Made by a program: the position numbers and the translations under genes
Source: Octopus sinensis
Taxonomy: Eukaryota
Direction: 5' to 3'
NCBI RefSeq assembly: GCF_006345805.1
Contig: NW_021827744.1
Coordinates: 1 to 9,994, forward strand
DNA: 9,994 nucleotides
In this document: positions 7,408-9,994 of the stretch, in pieces
Position numbering within the stretch: the stretch's first letter is position 1
Layout: the number at the start of each line of letters is the position of its first letter
The notes under the pieces: model-generated
What the model was told of the DNA's origin: nothing
Databases searched by the model: none
What the model saw: the letters and a program-made list of their open reading frames with translations, nothing else

Positions 7408-7852
7408 AGGCATAGGAGTGGTTGTGTGGTAAGTAGCTTGTTTGCCAACCACATTGTTCCGGGTTCAGTCCCACCGCGCGGCACCTTGGGCAAGTGTCTT
7501 CTACTATAGCCTTGGGCCGACCAAGGTCTTGTGAGTGGATTTGGTAGACGGAAACTGAAAGAAGAACGTCGTATATATGTATATATATGTGTGTGTGTGT
7601 GTGTGTGTGCGTGTGTGTGTATGTGTGCGTGTGTGTGTGTGTAGGTTTGTGTGTCTGTGTTTGTCCCCTCGCCCAACATCGTTTGACAACCGATGCTGGT
7701 GTGTTTGCGTCCCCGTAACTTAGCGGTTCGGGAAGAGAGACCGATAGAATAAGTAACTAGGCTTACAAAGAATAAGTCCTGGGGTCGATTTGCTCGACTA
7801 AAGGCGGTGCTCCAGCATGGCCGCAGTCAAATGACTGAAACGAATAAAAGAA
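7408..7852 (+). mobile_element. Full-length SINE family A
   Basis: tRNA-like head with A and B boxes, CORE-like motif, (TA)n(GT)n spacer, 3' half, and LINE-like tail GGCGGTGCTCCAGCATGGCCGCAGTCAAATGACTGAAAC followed by an A-rich end. Confidence 0.92.
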
Positions 7853-7935
7853 TTAAAGCATGTTTAAAGTGATTTATTTTGTGCCGTAGACCATTCACCA
7901 TTTCCATGGTGTCTCTCTCTTTTCTTGATGCCCTA

Positions 7936-8349
7936 ACTCTTTACTCTTTTACTTGTTTCAGTCATTGACTGCGGGCCATGCTGGAGCACTGCCCTTAGTC
8001 GAGCAACTCGACCACCGGGACTTACTCTTTGTAAGCCAGTACTTATTCTATCGGTCTCTTTTGCCGAACCGCTTAAGTGACGGGGAACGTAAAAACCACA
8101 CAGCATCGGTTGTCAAGGAATGCTAGGGTGACAAACACAGACACACAAACATACACACACATATATATATATTTATATATATATACGACAGGCTTCTTTC
8201 AGTTTCCGTCTACCAAATTCACTCACAAGGCTTTGGTTAGCTGAAGGCTATAGCAGAAGACACTTGCCCAAGATGCCACGCAGTGGGACTGAACCCGGAA
8301 CCATGTGGTTGGTTAGCAAGCTACTTACCACACAGCCACTCCTGCGCCT
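7936..8349 (-). mobile_element. Full-length SINE family A, inverted (tail-to-tail) relative to 7408-7852
   Basis: The reverse complement runs from AGGCGCAGGAGTGGCTGTGTGG to CAGTCAATGACTGAAACAAGTAAAAGAGTAAAGAGT. Confidence 0.92.
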
Positions 8350-8439
8350 ATGCACGTATTTATTTTGCTTAATGGTCAAGCCAGCGCTGATTTCTCCGTA
8401 ATCGCTACTAATTTGATACGTCTACTATACATGTGTGAA

Positions 8440-8757
8440 GGCGCATGGCTCAGTGGTTAGAGCGTTGAGCTTACGATTGTGAAGTTATGAGTTCGAATCC
8501 CGGACCGGGCTGCGTGTTGTGTTCTTGAGCAAGACACTTCATTTCACGTTGCTCCAGTTCACTCAGCTGTAGAAATGAATTGCGACGTCACAGTTGCCAA
8601 GCTGTATCAGCCCCTTTGCCTTATCCCTTGGATAACACTGGTGGCGTGGAGAGGGGCTACTGCTGGTCTACCATAAACAACCTTGCCTGGGACTTGTGCC
8701 TGGGAGGGTAGCTTTCTAGGTGCAATCCCATGGTCAGTGTCGTAACCGAAGGGGGTC
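8440..8757 (+). mobile_element. tRNA-derived SINE family B, near full length (head resembles tRNA-Arg(ACG))
   Basis: A box TGGCTCAGTGG at 8446-8456, anticodon-like loop CTTACGA at 8470-8476, B box GTTCGAATCC at 8491-8500, and central TTCTTGAGCAAGACACTT motif. It has no tRNA acceptor stem, so it is not a tRNA gene. Confidence 0.9.
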
Positions 8758-8767
8758 TCGTATACAC

Positions 8768-8965
8768 GTGTGTCTTCGTGTCTATGCTTGTCACACACCT
8801 CCACCGCTTAAATCCACCGTGTGTGTATTTATCTATGTCGCTGTAACTTTGCGGTTCTACAAAATAAACCGATAAAATAAGTACCAAACTTTTTTTTAAA
8901 ATAAAAGTCTTAGAGGCAGTACTCCAGCATGGCCGCAGTCTAATGTCTGAAACAAAGACTAAAAC
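8768..8965 (+). mobile_element. Degenerate 3' half of SINE family A
   Basis: TGTAACTTTGCGGTTC...CCGATAAAATAAGTACC and tail GGCAGTACTCCAGCATGGCCGCAGTCTAATGTCTGAAAC. Confidence 0.7.
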
Positions 8966-9101
8966 AGTAAAAAAAAAAAGAAAAATGAAAATTTAAAAGA
9001 GTTACCTCCCATAATGTATTAATTTCAACAGTTATTTCCCTTTAAATCATTAACTTTTTATATCCAACTCTGAATGTTGTATAAAGGGAAAGTTTACGAA
9101 A

Positions 9102-9412
9102 ATAAACAAAAGATGAAGGCAGGTGGAGTACAAACAAACAAATGTATTAGTATAGCGCTCAGGAATAGAGCCTATAAAGAAGAAACGACATTTATTCAGT
9201 GTCAAGTGATGTAAATCGATCATACAACATTCAGACGCCATGATAGATCGTTAGCTCCTACACGCATTTTTCTCTCCTTGTTTTTTTTCTGTGTATCTTT
9301 CTGTCGAAGAGCGTAGGTTCGAAACGTAAAAGACTTTTTCTATTTCTATTCCTGAGCGCTATACTAATACATTTGTTTGTTTGTACTCCACCTGCCTTCA
9401 TCTTTTGTTTAT
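9102..9412. repeat. Perfect 68-bp inverted repeat (9102-9169 and 9345-9412) with a 175-nt spacer
   Basis: Checked base by base: ATAAACAAAAGATGAAGGCAGGTGGAGTACAAACAAACAAATGTATTAGTATAGCGCTCAGGAATAGA and its exact reverse complement. Confidence 0.95.
9296..9333 (+). ncRNA. Minimal type I hammerhead-ribozyme-like motif with a non-canonical core
   Basis: Stem I TCTTT/AAAGA, core CTGTCGA plus an extra A, stem II GAGC-GTAG-GTTC, GAAA, palindromic ACGT stem III, and a predicted cleavage site after A9328. Core position 6 is U rather than the conserved A. Confidence 0.4.
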
Positions 9413-9594
9413 AATACCACAAAATACTTTTATTTTTATCCAACATTCTAGATGTTCTGAACCCGACACCCGCTGACATTAAACAAGATAGTAAGGACGG
9501 TTTTTAAAGTATTTGCGAGAAAGTTTTTTTAAAAAGTGAGTGACAAAACGTCTGACGAAAAGTCTGTTGTATTTTTTTATTATTATTATTATTT

Positions 9595-9843
9595 GTTTGT
9601 TTCGCGTGTTAGACTGCGGTCATGCTACAGCACCACCTTATAGGTTAATCGAACAAATCACGATAAGTGGTTTATTTTTTATCGTATTTTTTTCTTTTGT
9701 TTTTTTAAAAGTCTGGTTGTACTTCTGTCATCTCCTCTGCCGGACCAGCAAGCTGCGGCAACGACAATAACCGAAGACTCTGCACCCACCAACGCTCACA
9801 CCAACACACACACACATAAGAAAAAGAAAACACACACACACAA
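9595..9843 (-). mobile_element. Highly degenerate 3' half of SINE family A, ending in (CA)n
   Basis: GACTGCGGTCATGCTACAGCACCACCT is the reverse complement of the family A tail. Remnants of CTCTTTGCCGAACC and CACACCAACA follow. Confidence 0.6.
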
Positions 9844-9845
9844 CA

Positions 9846-9936
9846 TGGCTGCGTGGTAAGAAGCTTGCTTCCCAACCATATACTCCTGGGTTCAGTCCCA
9901 CTGCGAGGCACTTTGGACAACCGTCTTCTACTACAG
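9846..9936 (+). mobile_element. SINE family A head fragment
   Basis: TGGCTGCGTGGTAAGAAGCTTGCTTCCCAACC...GGTTCAGTCCCACTGCGAGGCACTTTGG. Confidence 0.8.
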
Positions 9937-9994
9937 AAACAACATCGTGCCACGTACGGCGGTAGCATCGTGACGACACTTTAGGACAGCTGTA

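Larger units (their letters stand above)
9083..9412. mobile_element. Penelope-like element terminal-repeat remnants in inverted arrangement
   Basis: The inverted duplication of terminal sequence combined with a GAAGA...GAAACG hammerhead-like motif is the typical architecture of Penelope-like elements. No ORF is present, and the outer boundaries are approximate. Confidence 0.55.

Noticed and set aside
8440-8510. tRNA gene (also 240-308 and the SINE A and C heads)
   Set aside because: A and B boxes are present but there is no acceptor stem, and each continues into SINE body sequence.

Overview
Repeat-dominated eukaryotic DNA, most likely from an octopus or other coleoid cephalopod. That assignment rests on my recognition of the SINE families and needs a search to confirm. 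The window contains no intact host gene. The one host-type coding sequence is an intronless CENP-V/GFA-family reading frame on the minus strand (ATG at 3096). It carries an in-frame TGA exactly at a conserved zinc-ligand Cys and is split after codon 102 by a multimeric SINE, with its C-terminal remnant at about 2043-2132. The rest consists of copies or halves of three tRNA-derived SINE families (here called A, B and C), 3' fragments of a CR1/L2-group LINE and an RTE LINE, Penelope-like terminal-repeat remnants (one with a hammerhead-like motif inside a perfect 68-bp inverted repeat), a possible hAT MITE end, (CCCTAA)4, and (TA)n/(GT)n micro- and minisatellites. Most long ORFs in the supplied track are microsatellite artefacts.
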